This document shows, piece by piece, positions 28,528 through 38,886 of a stretch of DNA of 41,588 nt (position 1 is the stretch's first letter; the number at the start of each line of letters is the position of its first letter). A program made the translations under genes and the position numbers. Source of the DNA: a bacterium (GTDB lineage: Bacteria > Sysuimicrobiota > Sysuimicrobiia > Sysuimicrobiales > Humicultoraceae); contig JBGQGY010000015.1 in assembly GCA_041497675.1 (NCBI GenBank), positions 1-41,588 on the forward strand, written 5' to 3'. The notes beneath the pieces were generated by a model. The model was not told the origin of the DNA, did not search any database, and saw nothing but the letters and a program-made list of their open reading frames with translations.

Positions 28528-30906
28528 ATGGCGACGCGATGGTTCGGTGAGCGCGTGCCGCGCAACGAAGACCCGCGCCTGCTGACAGGACGCGGGACCT
28601 ACATCGACGACATCCAGCGGCCGGCGATGCTGCACGCGGCCTTTTATCGCAGCCCCCATGGGCATGCGCGCATCGTCCGAGTTGACACCGCCGCGGCGAA
28701 GACCCACCCGGGCGTCGTCGCCGTTTTTGTCGCCGACGATCTGCCCCCGTTGATCCGCGGGCCGCTGCCAAAACTGATCCCTCATCCGACGCTGATCCAC
28801 CACAAGACCCAGGTGGCGCTGGCGCGCGATCATGTGCACCACGTCGGCGAACCGGTGGTCATGATCGTCGCGCAGAACCGCTATGTCGCCGAGGATGCGG
28901 TGGACCTCATCGAGGTCGAGTTCGACCCGCTACCGGCCGTCGTCGATCTGGAAGACGCCGCCCGGCCCGGGGGTCCGACGGTGCACGAAGATCTCGACAC
29001 CAACATCGCCGCGCAGTACACGCAGCGGGTCGGCGACGTCGACGCCGCGTTCGCGCAGGCCACGCACGTCTTTCGCGAGCGCCTCACCATGGATCGCGGC
29101 TCGTCGTCACCCATCGAGACGCGTGGGGTCGTGGCCGAGTGGGACGCCCGCGCCCGGCACTTGATGGTCTGGGATACGACCCAGGCCCCGATCCGGATCC
29201 GTAACTTCCTCAGCCAGTTGTTTGGGCTCCCGCAAAACAACATCCGGGTCGTCGCCCCCGATATCGGCGGTGGCTTCGGTCCCAAGATCATGATGTGCTA
29301 CCCGGAAGAGATCATGATCACGCACGCTGCCATCGCGCTCGGCCGTCCGGTCAAGTGGATCGAGGATCGCCGCGAGCATTTCGTGGCGACGAATCACGAA
29401 CGGCTGCAAATTCACGACGCCGAGATCGCCGTCGATGGCGACGGCCGCATCCTGGGAGTCCGCACGGTCTTTCTCCACGACGCGGGCGCCTATATCGCCT
29501 ACGGTCTGATCGTCCCTATCGTCGCCAGCACGACGCTGCCGGGGCCGTACAAGGTTCCCAACTATCACGCCGAGTTCAAGGCGGTCTTCACCAACAAGAC
29601 GCAGGTCAGTCCGTATCGTGGGGCGGGCCGGCCGCACGGCGTCTTCGTGATGGAGCGGCTGATGGACCGGGTGGCGAAAGAACTGCGCCTCGATCGCGCG
29701 GAGGTTCGACGCCGCAACCTGATCCAGCCCGACGAGTTTCCTCATGATGTCGGGGTGATCTACCAGGACGGCGCGCCGCTGATCTATGACAGCGGCAACT
29801 ATCCCGCAGTCCTCGAGCGGACGCTCGATGCCATCGGCTACGCGGGGTGGCCCGCGCGGCAGGCCGCGGCCCGGCGGGAAGGACGCACGCTTGGGCTTGG
29901 CCTGGCCCTCTACGTCGAGGGCACCGGTATCGGGCCGTACGAGGGTTGCCGCGTCACGGTGGAGCCGTCGGGCAAGGTGTTCGCCGCCACGAGCGTGGGC
30001 ACGCAGGGGCAGGGACACTACACGTCGTTCGCCCAGATCATCGCCGATGCGCTCGGCGTGGACGTCCGGGACGTGAGCCTCACAACCGGTGACACGGGGG
30101 CGTTCGGTTGGGGCACCGGCACGTTCGCCAGCCGCGCCGCCGTCGTCGCAGGTAATGCCGTCGCGCTTGCGGCACAGGCCGTCAGGGAAAAGACCCTGAC
30201 CGTCGCGGCCACGATGCTGGAGGCCCGGCCGGACGATCTGGAGCTGGCCGGCGCGAAAGTCTTCGTGAAGGGATCGCCATCGAGGATGGTGGGGCTCGGC
30301 GAGGTGGCCGCCGCGGCCAACCCGCTGCGCGGCACGATCCCGGAGGCATGGGAAGGCCCGGGGCTCGAGGCCTCGCGGTACTTCGCCCCACCGCGCGGAT
30401 CGTTCGCCGCGGGCGCGCACGCGGCCATTCTGGAGATCGACCGGGACACTGGCGCGATCCACGTGCACCAGTACGTCGTCGTGCACGACTGCGGGCGGAT
30501 CATCAACCCTTTGATTCTGGAAGGTCAGATCCGCGGCGGCGTGGCGCAGGGGATTGGGGGCGCCTTCTACGAAAGATTGGTATACGACGAGAGCGGGCAG
30601 TTGCTGACGCAGACGTTCATGGACTATCTCCTGCCGACGATGTCGGAGGTTCCGTCGATCGAGATCGGGCACATTGAAACGCCGTCACCCCTGAACCCGC
30701 TGGGCGTCAAAGGCGCCGGTGAGGCCGGTGTGATCCCGGTGCCCGCCGTCTTCGCGTCGGCGATCGATGATGCCCTGGGGACGCGGATCACGGAGATGCC
30801 GCTGGCACACGCGCGTCTGGCCGAGCTGATCGACCAGACGCGCGCGGCCGCCGCCGCGCCGGGCGCCGTGCCGGCAAGGGGTGACGCGGGGATGGGCGGG
30901 AGATGA
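28528..30906 (+). CDS. Xanthine dehydrogenase-family molybdopterin-binding large subunit (form II CoxL-like, not a true CODH)
   Basis: Start MATRWFG. RNEDPRLLTGRG and GGGFGPK motifs. Active-site loop PYRGAGR (29611-29631) lacks the Cu-binding Cys. Also QGQGH, GTFASR and GVKGAGE. Confidence 0.92.
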   Translation: MATRWFGERVPRNEDPRLLTGRGTYIDDIQRPAMLHAAFYRSPHGHARIVRVDTAAAKTHPGVVAVFVADDLPPLIRGPLPKLIPHPTLIHHKTQVALARDHVHHVGEPVVMIVAQNRYVAEDAVDLIEVEFDPLPAVVDLEDAARPGGPTVHEDLDTNIAAQYTQRVGDVDAAFAQATHVFRERLTMDRGSSSPIETRGVVAEWDARARHLMVWDTTQAPIRIRNFLSQLFGLPQNNIRVVAPDIGGGFGPKIMMCYPEEIMITHAAIALGRPVKWIEDRREHFVATNHERLQIHDAEIAVDGDGRILGVRTVFLHDAGAYIAYGLIVPIVASTTLPGPYKVPNYHAEFKAVFTNKTQVSPYRGAGRPHGVFVMERLMDRVAKELRLDRAEVRRRNLIQPDEFPHDVGVIYQDGAPLIYDSGNYPAVLERTLDAIGYAGWPARQAAARREGRTLGLGLALYVEGTGIGPYEGCRVTVEPSGKVFAATSVGTQGQGHYTSFAQIIADALGVDVRDVSLTTGDTGAFGWGTGTFASRAAVVAGNAVALAAQAVREKTLTVAATMLEARPDDLELAGAKVFVKGSPSRMVGLGEVAAAANPLRGTIPEAWEGPGLEASRYFAPPRGSFAAGAHAAILEIDRDTGAIHVHQYVVVHDCGRIINPLILEGQIRGGVAQGIGGAFYERLVYDESGQLLTQTFMDYLLPTMSEVPSIEIGHIETPSPLNPLGVKGAGEAGVIPVPAVFASAIDDALGTRITEMPLAHARLAELIDQTRAAAAAPGAVPARGDAGMGGR

Positions 30907-31778
30907 AGCCGGCTGTCTTCCAGTACGTCGCGCCGCGCACCCGTGAGGAAGCGCTGGAGGCGGTACGCCGCTTTGGATCGGACGGGAAGATCCTGGCCGG
31001 CGGACAGAGTCTCGTGCCGCTGATGGCCATGCGTCTGGCCCGGCCCGCGACCATCATCGACCTCAACCGCATCCCAGACCTGGCCTACATCAGGGCCGCG
31101 CGGGGCGGGCTGTCTATCGGCGCCATGACGCGGCAGCGGACCGCGGAGATGCATCGCCTCGTCATCGAGCGGCTGCCGCTGCTCGCCGAAGCGCTCCGGT
31201 TGGTCGGACACGCGCAAATCCGCACGCGGGGGACGATCGGCGGCAGCCTAGCGCACGCCGATCCGTCGGCGGAACTCCCGGCCGTCGCGGCCGTGCTCGG
31301 CGGACGGTTCGTGGTCGCCAGCACCCGCGGGGAGCGGATCGTGGATGTGTCACAGTTCTTCACGGGGTATCTGACCACCGCGCTCCAACCGCACGAGATC
31401 CTCGTCGAGGTGCAGTTGCCCGCGCCGCCTGCCGGCGCGGGGTGGGCATTCCAGGAGATTTCGCGGCGTCACGGCGACTTTGCCATTGCCGGTGTGGCCG
31501 CGCTCGTACGGCTCGATGGGGATCGCCGGTGCACGGAAGCCCGGCTGGCCTTCACAGGCGTCGGTCCCGGTCCGGTGCGGGCGTCTGATGCAGAAGCGTA
31601 TCTTGCGGGGAAGCGCCTGGGCAACGCGACCGTCGACGAAGCCGGCCGCATCGCCCAGGCGGCGCTCGATCCCGACAGCGACATCCACGCGTCCGCCGCG
31701 TACCGCAAGCACGTCGCGGGTGTGCTGGCCGCTCGAGCGCTGCGGCAGGCGGCGGAGAGAGCGAAGAGTCAAGGATGA
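30903..31778 (+). CDS. Molybdo-hydroxylase FAD-binding medium subunit
   Basis: [32 protein letters not shown] and RRHGDFA motifs. ATGA overlap with the upstream gene. Confidence 0.92.
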   Translation: MKPAVFQYVAPRTREEALEAVRRFGSDGKILAGGQSLVPLMAMRLARPATIIDLNRIPDLAYIRAARGGLSIGAMTRQRTAEMHRLVIERLPLLAEALRLVGHAQIRTRGTIGGSLAHADPSAELPAVAAVLGGRFVVASTRGERIVDVSQFFTGYLTTALQPHEILVEVQLPAPPAGAGWAFQEISRRHGDFAIAGVAALVRLDGDRRCTEARLAFTGVGPGPVRASDAEAYLAGKRLGNATVDEAGRIAQAALDPDSDIHASAAYRKHVAGVLAARALRQAAERAKSQG

Positions 31779-32362
31779 AGCGAGCCACGAAACCAGCGAA
31801 GCCAAAGATCAAAGCCACGCGCCGGCGATCTACGCGCAAGGCTCCGCCGCGGGCGATGAGCCCAGTGGAACAGGCTCAGGTGCACCTGCGGGTCAACGGT
31901 GTGGAGTACGTCCGCACGGCTGAGGTCCGCAAGACGCTTGCCGACTTCATCCGAGAGGACATCGGGCTGACCGGGACGCACCTGGGATGCGAGCACGGCG
32001 TGTGCGGCGCCTGCACGATCTTACTGGGCGATCAGCCGGTGCGCTCGTGTCTGATGTTTGCGGTGCAGGCCGAGGGCGCGGAGATCACGACCGTCGAAGC
32101 GCTGGGCACGCCCGAAGCGCTCAACCCGCTCCAACAGGCCTTCATGGACCACCACGCGCTGCAGTGCGGCTTCTGCACACCGGGCTTCCTCATGAGCGCG
32201 ACGGTCCTGCTCCGCGAGAACCCACGTCCCACCGAGGCACAAATCCGCGAGTACCTGAGCGGGCACCTCTGCCGGTGCACCGGATATCAGAACATCGTCG
32301 AAGCCGTCCTCGCCGCGGCAGGCGCCGCACCGGACACCGGCGGTCGCCGCCGGGAGACGTGA
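31775..32362 (+). CDS. Molybdo-hydroxylase [2Fe-2S] small subunit
   Basis: [18 protein letters not shown] and HLCRCTGY motifs. ATGA-coupled start gives a basic N-terminal extension; alternative start at 31856. Confidence 0.92.
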   Translation: MKRATKPAKPKIKATRRRSTRKAPPRAMSPVEQAQVHLRVNGVEYVRTAEVRKTLADFIREDIGLTGTHLGCEHGVCGACTILLGDQPVRSCLMFAVQAEGAEITTVEALGTPEALNPLQQAFMDHHALQCGFCTPGFLMSATVLLRENPRPTEAQIREYLSGHLCRCTGYQNIVEAVLAAAGAAPDTGGRRRET

Positions 32363-33246
32363 ACCCGGCGCCGCAGACGACCACCCTCCGAGCCGAGACA
32401 CTCCCCTCGCCGCTTGCAGGCCTCGCCGGGGCCGCCGGGCGCGGGATCGTACTCGCGGCGTTCGACCGCAGCCTCTATCTCGATCTGGACGGTCAGATCG
32501 TCGCGCTGGCGTCTTCCGAACTATCCCGTGGGCCGATCGTCATCACGCTGCGCCACCCTGGGGCGATCCCGGCTGTGAACACCGGGGCGCCGGTGCGCCT
32601 CCACGGCGGCCGCCTGCACGTGGGACCCGTCGAGGTCGATCTGCGCGACGCGACGGTGTGGGATCCGACGCTGCTGCCGCCCGCAGGTGCCACAGCACGA
32701 TCAGCGGCACGATCGGTCGTGATCGACGAACTCCTGGCCGCGGCGCCCGACGAAAGCATTGCCGATCTGCTGGGAACGCGGCGCGACGGCGGCGCCCCCC
32801 ACTCCCTGCTCCTGGCGTCACTGTCGAAGGGTCTTGGGGCGATCGATGCGTGGCTCTCCGGCCGCCTCGATGCCGCGTCGGCGTCGGCAATTGTCGGGCG
32901 CGAGGTCGCGGGCCGAGGGCCCGGGCTCACGCCGTCGGGCGACGATCTGCTCGTTGGGATCATGCTGGGCGTCGGCGTCCTGCCGGGCGCCGCCGGAGTG
33001 TGTAGCGTGCAAGACGTCCGCGACGTGCTCGCCTCCGCGGCGATGCCGCGCACGACCCGGATCAGCGGAGCCTACCTGGACGCCGCCAGACATGGCTGGG
33101 CAAGCGAACCGTGGCACGCGCTGGTGCGCGCCCTGGTGGGTCAACCAGAGCATGTCCGCGGCGCGGCACGCCGCCTGCTCGGGATCGGTGAGACGTCCGG
33201 TGCCGATACGCTGACCGGTTTCTGCTGGGTGTGGCGTGACCGCTGA
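32359..33246 (+). CDS. DUF2877 (YlbF/AllH-like) protein
   Basis: GTGA overlap start. GRGPGLTPSGDDLLVG, TTRIS and IGETSGADTLTG motifs. Confidence 0.82.
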   Translation: MNPAPQTTTLRAETLPSPLAGLAGAAGRGIVLAAFDRSLYLDLDGQIVALASSELSRGPIVITLRHPGAIPAVNTGAPVRLHGGRLHVGPVEVDLRDATVWDPTLLPPAGATARSAARSVVIDELLAAAPDESIADLLGTRRDGGAPHSLLLASLSKGLGAIDAWLSGRLDAASASAIVGREVAGRGPGLTPSGDDLLVGIMLGVGVLPGAAGVCSVQDVRDVLASAAMPRTTRISGAYLDAARHGWASEPWHALVRALVGQPEHVRGAARRLLGIGETSGADTLTGFCWVWRDR

Positions 33247-34492
33247 CACCTGGCTCGGGCGGATGGGGGTGTCGCGGGCCTTCATGACGCTGATTTTCAT
33301 GACGTACCCGGCCACGCTGTCTGTCCTGCGCTCCGAATGGCACATGAGCGCGACCGCGGCGGGGTCGATCTCCACCGGTTTTCAAGCCGGATTCGCCGTG
33401 TCGCTTTTTGGCTGCTCGTGGTTGGCGGATCGCGTCGGCGCCCGGCGGGTGTTTCTGGTATCGAGCACGCTGGCCGCCGTCACCGCACTCGCCTTCGCGG
33501 CGTTCGCGCGCTCGTATCTTTCGGGGCTGGTCTTCTACACGCTCGCGGCGATCTCGCAGGGTGGAACGTACACCACGGCGATCATGCTGATCGCCGATCG
33601 ATTTGGCCCCGAGCGCCGCGGCGGCGCACTCGGGTGGCTCATCGCCAGTTCGTCGCTAGGTTCGGCCCTCTCGTTGGCGATCGCTGGGGTGACGTTGCCC
33701 CACGGCGGGTACCCGCTGACGTTTCTCGTGACCGGATGCGGACCGCTGGTCGGACTGATTGTCGCCTGGACCGCCCTGAGGTCAGAGCCCACCGTCATCC
33801 ACCAGCGCCGCGCCGACCTGCGATTTGGGACCGAGGTGCTGAAGAATCGAAGCGCGATACGGTTGATCGTCGGCTATATCTTCCACAGTTGGGAGTTGCT
33901 TGCCATGTGGGCCTGGACGCCGGCGTTTCTGGCCGCGAGTCTGACGCTGTCCGGAGCCTCCCGTGGCGGGGTCGCCGCGTCTGCCGCGTATCTCGCCGCG
34001 TCGTTCCACGTGATGGGTCTGCTGGCCTCATCGACGATGGGGCGGCTCTCCGACCAACTGGGTCGCCGTACGGTTCTTGTGGGATTGGCGGCGATCAGTA
34101 CGGTCTGCTCGTTTGCGCTCGGCTGGCTCGTGGGGTGGCCGGCCGCGGTGGTGGTCGCGGTCGGTGCGGTCTATGGGTTTGCCGCGCTCGGCGATTCGCC
34201 GGTGCTGTCGACCGCGTTGACCGAGTCGGTGCAACCGGCGTACCTGGGATCGGCGCTGGGGCTTCGCTCGATTCTCGGGTTTGGCGCGGGCGCCGTGGCG
34301 CCGCTGGTCTTCGGCGCAGTGCTGGACGCCACCAATCCGCCGGGCGCCACACCGGCGATCTGGGGATGGGCGTACGTGCTGTTGGGATGCGGCGGACTGA
34401 TCGCCACCATCTGCGCCTATGGCCTGAAACCCGCGTCCGGGGCACGACAGGCGGGGAGCCGACGTCGCGACGGTGAAATGAATCCGGCATGA
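33236..34492 (+). CDS. MFS transporter
   Basis: About 12 hydrophobic helices. Motif A copies WLADRVGARR and GRLSDQLGRR, plus HSWEL and GDSPVLS. Confidence 0.9.
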   Translation: MTADTWLGRMGVSRAFMTLIFMTYPATLSVLRSEWHMSATAAGSISTGFQAGFAVSLFGCSWLADRVGARRVFLVSSTLAAVTALAFAAFARSYLSGLVFYTLAAISQGGTYTTAIMLIADRFGPERRGGALGWLIASSSLGSALSLAIAGVTLPHGGYPLTFLVTGCGPLVGLIVAWTALRSEPTVIHQRRADLRFGTEVLKNRSAIRLIVGYIFHSWELLAMWAWTPAFLAASLTLSGASRGGVAASAAYLAASFHVMGLLASSTMGRLSDQLGRRTVLVGLAAISTVCSFALGWLVGWPAAVVVAVGAVYGFAALGDSPVLSTALTESVQPAYLGSALGLRSILGFGAGAVAPLVFGAVLDATNPPGATPAIWGWAYVLLGCGGLIATICAYGLKPASGARQAGSRRRDGEMNPA

Positions 34493-34989
34493 CCGGCATC
34501 GACATCGTGGTGCGGCCCGCAGCGCCTGGCGACGCCGAAGCCATTTGTACGATCTACAACCAGGGCATCGAGGACCGAATCGCGACGTTGGAGACGCAAC
34601 GGCGGACGCCGTCCGAGCAGCGGCAATGGCTGGCCTCGCGCGGGCCTCGGCATCCCGTGATCGTGGCAGAGATGGGCGGACACGTCATCGGCTGGGGTAG
34701 TCTCAACCTGTTCAATCCGCGCGACGCGTACCGGCATGTGGCGGATCTATCGGTCTATGTCGAGCGCGGCGTGCGCGGCAAAGGCGTGGGGCAGCGACTC
34801 TTGGGCCGGATCATCGAACTCGCGCGCGACATCGGGTATCACAAGATGGTGCTGTCGGCGTTTCCGTTCAACGAGACCGGTATGGCGCTGTACACGAAGA
34901 TGGGCTTCACCCGTGTCGGCATCTACCGTGAGCAGGGATTGCTGGACGGTGCGTGGGTCGATACGGTGATCATGGAGCGGTTGCTGTGA
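34489..34989 (+). CDS. GNAT N-acetyltransferase, phosphinothricin/arsinothricin (YncA/ArsN1)-like
   Basis: IYNQGIEDRIATLE, SVYV..RGKGVG, LY.KMGF and WVDTVIME motifs. Confidence 0.85.
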   Translation: MTGIDIVVRPAAPGDAEAICTIYNQGIEDRIATLETQRRTPSEQRQWLASRGPRHPVIVAEMGGHVIGWGSLNLFNPRDAYRHVADLSVYVERGVRGKGVGQRLLGRIIELARDIGYHKMVLSAFPFNETGMALYTKMGFTRVGIYREQGLLDGAWVDTVIMERLL

Positions 34990-36017
34990 TCACGCACGGC
35001 TTCGAGACCGCAAGACTCGAACAATTCTTGACGGAACGCATTCGCGGCTTCCGCGGCCCGCTGCGAGTACGGCAGTATGAAGGGGGCCAGTCGAATCCCA
35101 CGTACTACGTCGGCGCAGGCGGCGCCGAATACGTGCTGCGGCGAAAGCCCCCGGGCAAACTGCTGCCCTCAGCCCACCTGGTCGAACGTGAATATCGCAT
35201 CCTGACGGCCCTGGCGCAGACCGACGTCCCGGTGCCGCGGCCTCTGCTGCTCTGCGAAGACCCGTCGGTCATCGGCACCGCCTTCTACGTCATGGAGCAC
35301 CTGCCCGGGCGGGTCTTTACGGAGCCACGCCTGCCGGGGCTGGAGCCGCACGAACGGACCGCGATCTACGCCTCGATGGTCGATGTCCTCGCACGTCTGC
35401 ATCGCGTCGACTGGCAAAAGCTCGGCCTGTCGGACTATGGCCGGCCGGGCAACTATTTCAGCCGGCAGATCCACCGCTGGACCGAACAGTACCGGGCGTC
35501 CGAGACAGAGACCATCCCGTCGATGGAACGGCTGATCGAGTGGCTGCCGCGTCACATACCCGAGGACGATCACACGACGATTGCGCACGGTGATTACCGG
35601 CTGGCGAATCTGTTAGTGCACCCCACGGAACCGCGGGTCGTCGCGGTACTCGATTGGGAACTCTCGACGCTCGGCCACCCGCTGGCCGATCTCGCATACA
35701 GCGCCATGGCCTATCGCCTGCCGCGGGCGCTCTTCGACGGTCTGGCCGACGACGATCTCGAGCCGTTGGGCATTCCCTCAGAGAACACTTACGTCGCGGA
35801 GTATTGCCGGCGGACGGGACAGGCAGGCATCCCCGACTGGGATTTCTGTTTGGCGTTTGGGATGTTTCGTCTGGCCGCGATCGTGCAGGGGATCATGGGG
35901 CGCGTGCTGACGGGCACAGCGGCCGCGGCAAACGCGCGCGAGCGCGGAGCCATGGCCCGACCGCTTGCCGACATCGCACTGGCGGTCGCTACGTCACGCG
36001 CGGGACCTGAGTCTTAG
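34986..36017 (+). CDS. Aminoglycoside-phosphotransferase-family kinase (ACAD10/11 N-terminal domain-like)
   Basis: GTGA overlap start. [31 protein letters not shown] and [14 protein letters not shown] motifs. Confidence 0.9.
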   Translation: MITHGFETARLEQFLTERIRGFRGPLRVRQYEGGQSNPTYYVGAGGAEYVLRRKPPGKLLPSAHLVEREYRILTALAQTDVPVPRPLLLCEDPSVIGTAFYVMEHLPGRVFTEPRLPGLEPHERTAIYASMVDVLARLHRVDWQKLGLSDYGRPGNYFSRQIHRWTEQYRASETETIPSMERLIEWLPRHIPEDDHTTIAHGDYRLANLLVHPTEPRVVAVLDWELSTLGHPLADLAYSAMAYRLPRALFDGLADDDLEPLGIPSENTYVAEYCRRTGQAGIPDWDFCLAFGMFRLAAIVQGIMGRVLTGTAAAANARERGAMARPLADIALAVATSRAGPES

Positions 36018-37227
36018 GATCCCCGTACTTGCGCAACTCCAACCGCCCGATCTGCCGGCGGTGCACCTCATCGGGACCGTCGGCAAAGCGCAGGGATCGG
36101 GCACCCGCCCACGCCGCGGCCAGCCAGGAGTCCTGACTCACGCCCGCGCCGCCAAACACCTGAATGGCGCGCTCGAGCACCCGCAGGGTCATGTTTGGCA
36201 CGGCGACCTTGATCTGGGCGATCTCCGAGCGCGCCGCCTTGTTGCCGGCCGTGTCCATCATATAGGCGGCCTTGAGCACCAGCAGGCGCGCCTGCTCGAT
36301 CTCGATGCGCGACTGCGCGATGCGCTCGACCGTCACATCGTGTTGGGCGATCGGCTTGCCAAACGCCACGCGCGCCTGCGCGCGGCGGCACATCGCCTCG
36401 AGGGCGCGCTCGGCCACCCCAATCAGACGCATGCAGTGGTGGATGCGGCCCGGACCGAGCCGACCCTGCGCGATCTCGAAGCCACGGCCCTCGCCCAGCA
36501 GCATGTTGGATACCGGCACGCGGACGTTCTCGAAGACGACGTCCCCATGACCGTGGGGGGCCTCATCGTAGCCAAATACGGAGAGCATGCGAACTACGCG
36601 GACCCCGGGCGCATCGCGCGGCACGAGGATCATCGACTGGCGCCGGTACGGGTCGGCGTGCTGTGGATCGGTCAGGCCCATGAAGATGAGAATCTTGCAT
36701 CGCGGGTCGCCCATGCCCGACGTCCACCACTTGTGCCCGTTGATGACGTAGGCGTCGCCGTCGCGGACGATGCGGGCCTCGATGTTCCTCGCGTCCGATG
36801 ACGCGACGTCCGGCTCGGTCATCGCAAACGCCGAGCGGATCTCCCCGTCGAGCAGCGGCCGAAGCCATTGTCGCTTCTGGTCCTCAGTGCCGTACCGCAC
36901 CAGGACCTCCATGTTGCCGGTGTCGGGCGCCGAGCAGTTGAAGATCTCCGGCGCAATCGGTGAGCGCCCCATCACCTCGCACAACGGTGCGTATTCGAGA
37001 TTCGTGAGCCCCGCGCCGTGCTCGCTGTCGGGGAGAAACAGGTTCCACAGGCCCTGCGCCCGCGCTTTCCGCTTCAACGCTTCCATGATCGGCGGGATCT
37101 GCCACCGCGTGGGCTGGGCGTTCAGCTGGTCGGCGACGGTGCGCTCGTTCGGATACACGTGCTCGTCCATGAACGCGCCCAGCCGCTCGAGGTATGCCTT
37201 TGTCTGCGCAGAGTACTGGAAATCCAA
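35989..37227 (-). CDS. Acyl-CoA dehydrogenase (ACAD10/11-like clade)
   Basis: TTG start (MDFQYS) after [54 protein letters not shown] and [10 protein letters not shown] motifs. Confidence 0.92.
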   Translation of the reverse strand: MDFQYSAQTKAYLERLGAFMDEHVYPNERTVADQLNAQPTRWQIPPIMEALKRKARAQGLWNLFLPDSEHGAGLTNLEYAPLCEVMGRSPIAPEIFNCSAPDTGNMEVLVRYGTEDQKRQWLRPLLDGEIRSAFAMTEPDVASSDARNIEARIVRDGDAYVINGHKWWTSGMGDPRCKILIFMGLTDPQHADPYRRQSMILVPRDAPGVRVVRMLSVFGYDEAPHGHGDVVFENVRVPVSNMLLGEGRGFEIAQGRLGPGRIHHCMRLIGVAERALEAMCRRAQARVAFGKPIAQHDVTVERIAQSRIEIEQARLLVLKAAYMMDTAGNKAARSEIAQIKVAVPNMTLRVLERAIQVFGGAGVSQDSWLAAAWAGARSLRFADGPDEVHRRQIGRLELRKYGDPKTQVPRVT

Positions 37228-37305
37228 TGCCGTCGCCCCCTCCAAATTACGGCGCCACTCCTCTGACTACATTGAGCCACGGATCGGAGCAATCCCTCTT
37301 CGAGA

Positions 37306-37333
37306 ACAGGACTGCACCATCTCTCCGCAGAAT
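37306..37333 (+). promoter_or_regulatory. sigmaH-like promoter ACAGGA-N18-GAAT upstream of the serine hydrolase
   Basis: Recurrent motif, 17 nt before the ATG at 37351. Confidence 0.55.
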
Positions 37334-37350
37334 CCGTCCGCCGCCAATCC

Positions 37351-38886
37351 ATGAATCATCATTCGCCATCATACCGTGGGTCGCTCCGCCTGCGGGTCTT
37401 CCGACTCGCCATCGCCATGCTCGCGTGCCACACAGCCGCGGCGGGCGTTCCCGCGCCCGCGGCGGCAGCGAGCGCTAATCTTACGACGATCGACCGATAC
37501 GTTGAGACACACATGCGCGCCCTGCGACTGCCTGGGATCGCCGTGAGCATCGTACAAGGCGAACGCGTCATCCACATCCGGGGGCTTGGGGCGGCCGATC
37601 CGACCGGACGTCCTGTGACCGGGCAGACGCCGTTTATCCTGGGGTCGACGACGAAATCGTTCACCGCCCTCGCCATCATGCAACTAGCCGAGACCGGTAC
37701 GATCGACCTCGAGGCGCCCGCGCAACGCTACATCCCCTGGTTTCGTGTCGCCGATCCATCGCTGTCGTCCATGATCACCGTACGGCATCTTCTCCACCAG
37801 ACCAGTGGCCTGTCGGAACTGGCGGGACGCGAGCATTGGGCGGACGGTGACTTGAGCGACACGGCCATAGAGCGCGGCGTGCGTGGACTCGCGACCGTCC
37901 GGCTCAGCCGCCGGCCCGGAGCGGCCTGGGAATACAGCAACGCCAACTACTGGACGCTCGGCATGATCGTGCAGCAGGTATCCGGGCAGTCGTATGAGTC
38001 GTACATGCGGGAGCACATCTTGGCTCCCCTGCGAATGCGTCAGTCGTTCACGTCGCAGGACGACGCGCGCACGCACGGGATGGCGGTGGGCCATCGGTAC
38101 TGGTTCGGCCGGCCCGTCGCCGCCGAGCTTCCCTATAATCGCGTCACCCTGCCCTCTGGCTACCTCATCTCCAGCGCGGAGGACCTGACGCACTATCTGA
38201 TCGCCCAGGTCAACGGGGGTACCTATGCCGGCACGCCGGTGGTGTCGCCTGCGGGAGTCGCGGAGATGCATCGCCCCGCTGTGCGGCAAGGCGACGGCGC
38301 GACGTCGTATGCGATGGGCTGGCGCGTCGGCTCGATCGGCACCATCCAGACGGTGTGGCACGATGGATCGACCCCAAATTTCCACTCCGGCTTCATGCTG
38401 GCACCAGGCCCGGGATGGGGTATCGCGGTGCTGGCAAACGCGGAGGGTCTCTCGCAAGACGAGCGCATCACTGGAATCGCGCGCGGCGTGATGGCGTTGC
38501 TCACCGGACAGGATCCCCCGACCGCTGATAGTTTTCCTCAGATACTCTATACGGCGGTGCTCGCGCTGGCAGGGCTTCAGATGCTTTGGGCGCTCGCCTG
38601 GACGCGGGGTGTCCGGCGCCGACGGGCCGGTGCTGAGCAACGGTCGCGTGGACCACGGCGCTTCATCTGGCCGTTGGTCGCCTCATGGGTTGGGCATCTG
38701 AGTGTGGCGGCTCTCTTTCTCATCGTTGTGCCGCGCCTGTTCAGAGCCCCGCTGGCCGGGCTCCTCTATGTCTTTCCGGACTTCGGCTCTACGCTGCTCT
38801 TTGGCGGCGTATTGGCGATTGGATGGGGGATCGTCCGGACAATAGCGATCATTTCCGGGATCCGAAGAAACGTGACGCGCTCCTAG
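37351..38886 (+). CDS. Serine hydrolase (beta-lactamase/AmpC-like family) with signal peptide and C-terminal membrane helices
   Basis: SxxK (GSTTKSF), LLHQTSG, YSN and WHDG motifs. Three hydrophobic C-terminal segments. Confidence 0.88.
   Translation: MNHHSPSYRGSLRLRVFRLAIAMLACHTAAAGVPAPAAAASANLTTIDRYVETHMRALRLPGIAVSIVQGERVIHIRGLGAADPTGRPVTGQTPFILGSTTKSFTALAIMQLAETGTIDLEAPAQRYIPWFRVADPSLSSMITVRHLLHQTSGLSELAGREHWADGDLSDTAIERGVRGLATVRLSRRPGAAWEYSNANYWTLGMIVQQVSGQSYESYMREHILAPLRMRQSFTSQDDARTHGMAVGHRYWFGRPVAAELPYNRVTLPSGYLISSAEDLTHYLIAQVNGGTYAGTPVVSPAGVAEMHRPAVRQGDGATSYAMGWRVGSIGTIQTVWHDGSTPNFHSGFMLAPGPGWGIAVLANAEGLSQDERITGIARGVMALLTGQDPPTADSFPQILYTAVLALAGLQMLWALAWTRGVRRRRAGAEQRSRGPRRFIWPLVASWVGHLSVAALFLIVVPRLFRAPLAGLLYVFPDFGSTLLFGGVLAIGWGIVRTIAIISGIRRNVTRS

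Noticed and set aside
28528..30906. Calling the second large subunit a CO dehydrogenase
   Set aside because: Its PYRGAGR loop lacks the Cu-ligating Cys of AYXCSFR.
37351..38886. Antibiotic-resistance beta-lactamase (and APH kinase or GNAT as resistance genes)
   Set aside because: Only fold-level similarity. The membrane-anchored serine hydrolase and ACAD10-type kinase belong to families not known for resistance, and there is no mobile context.
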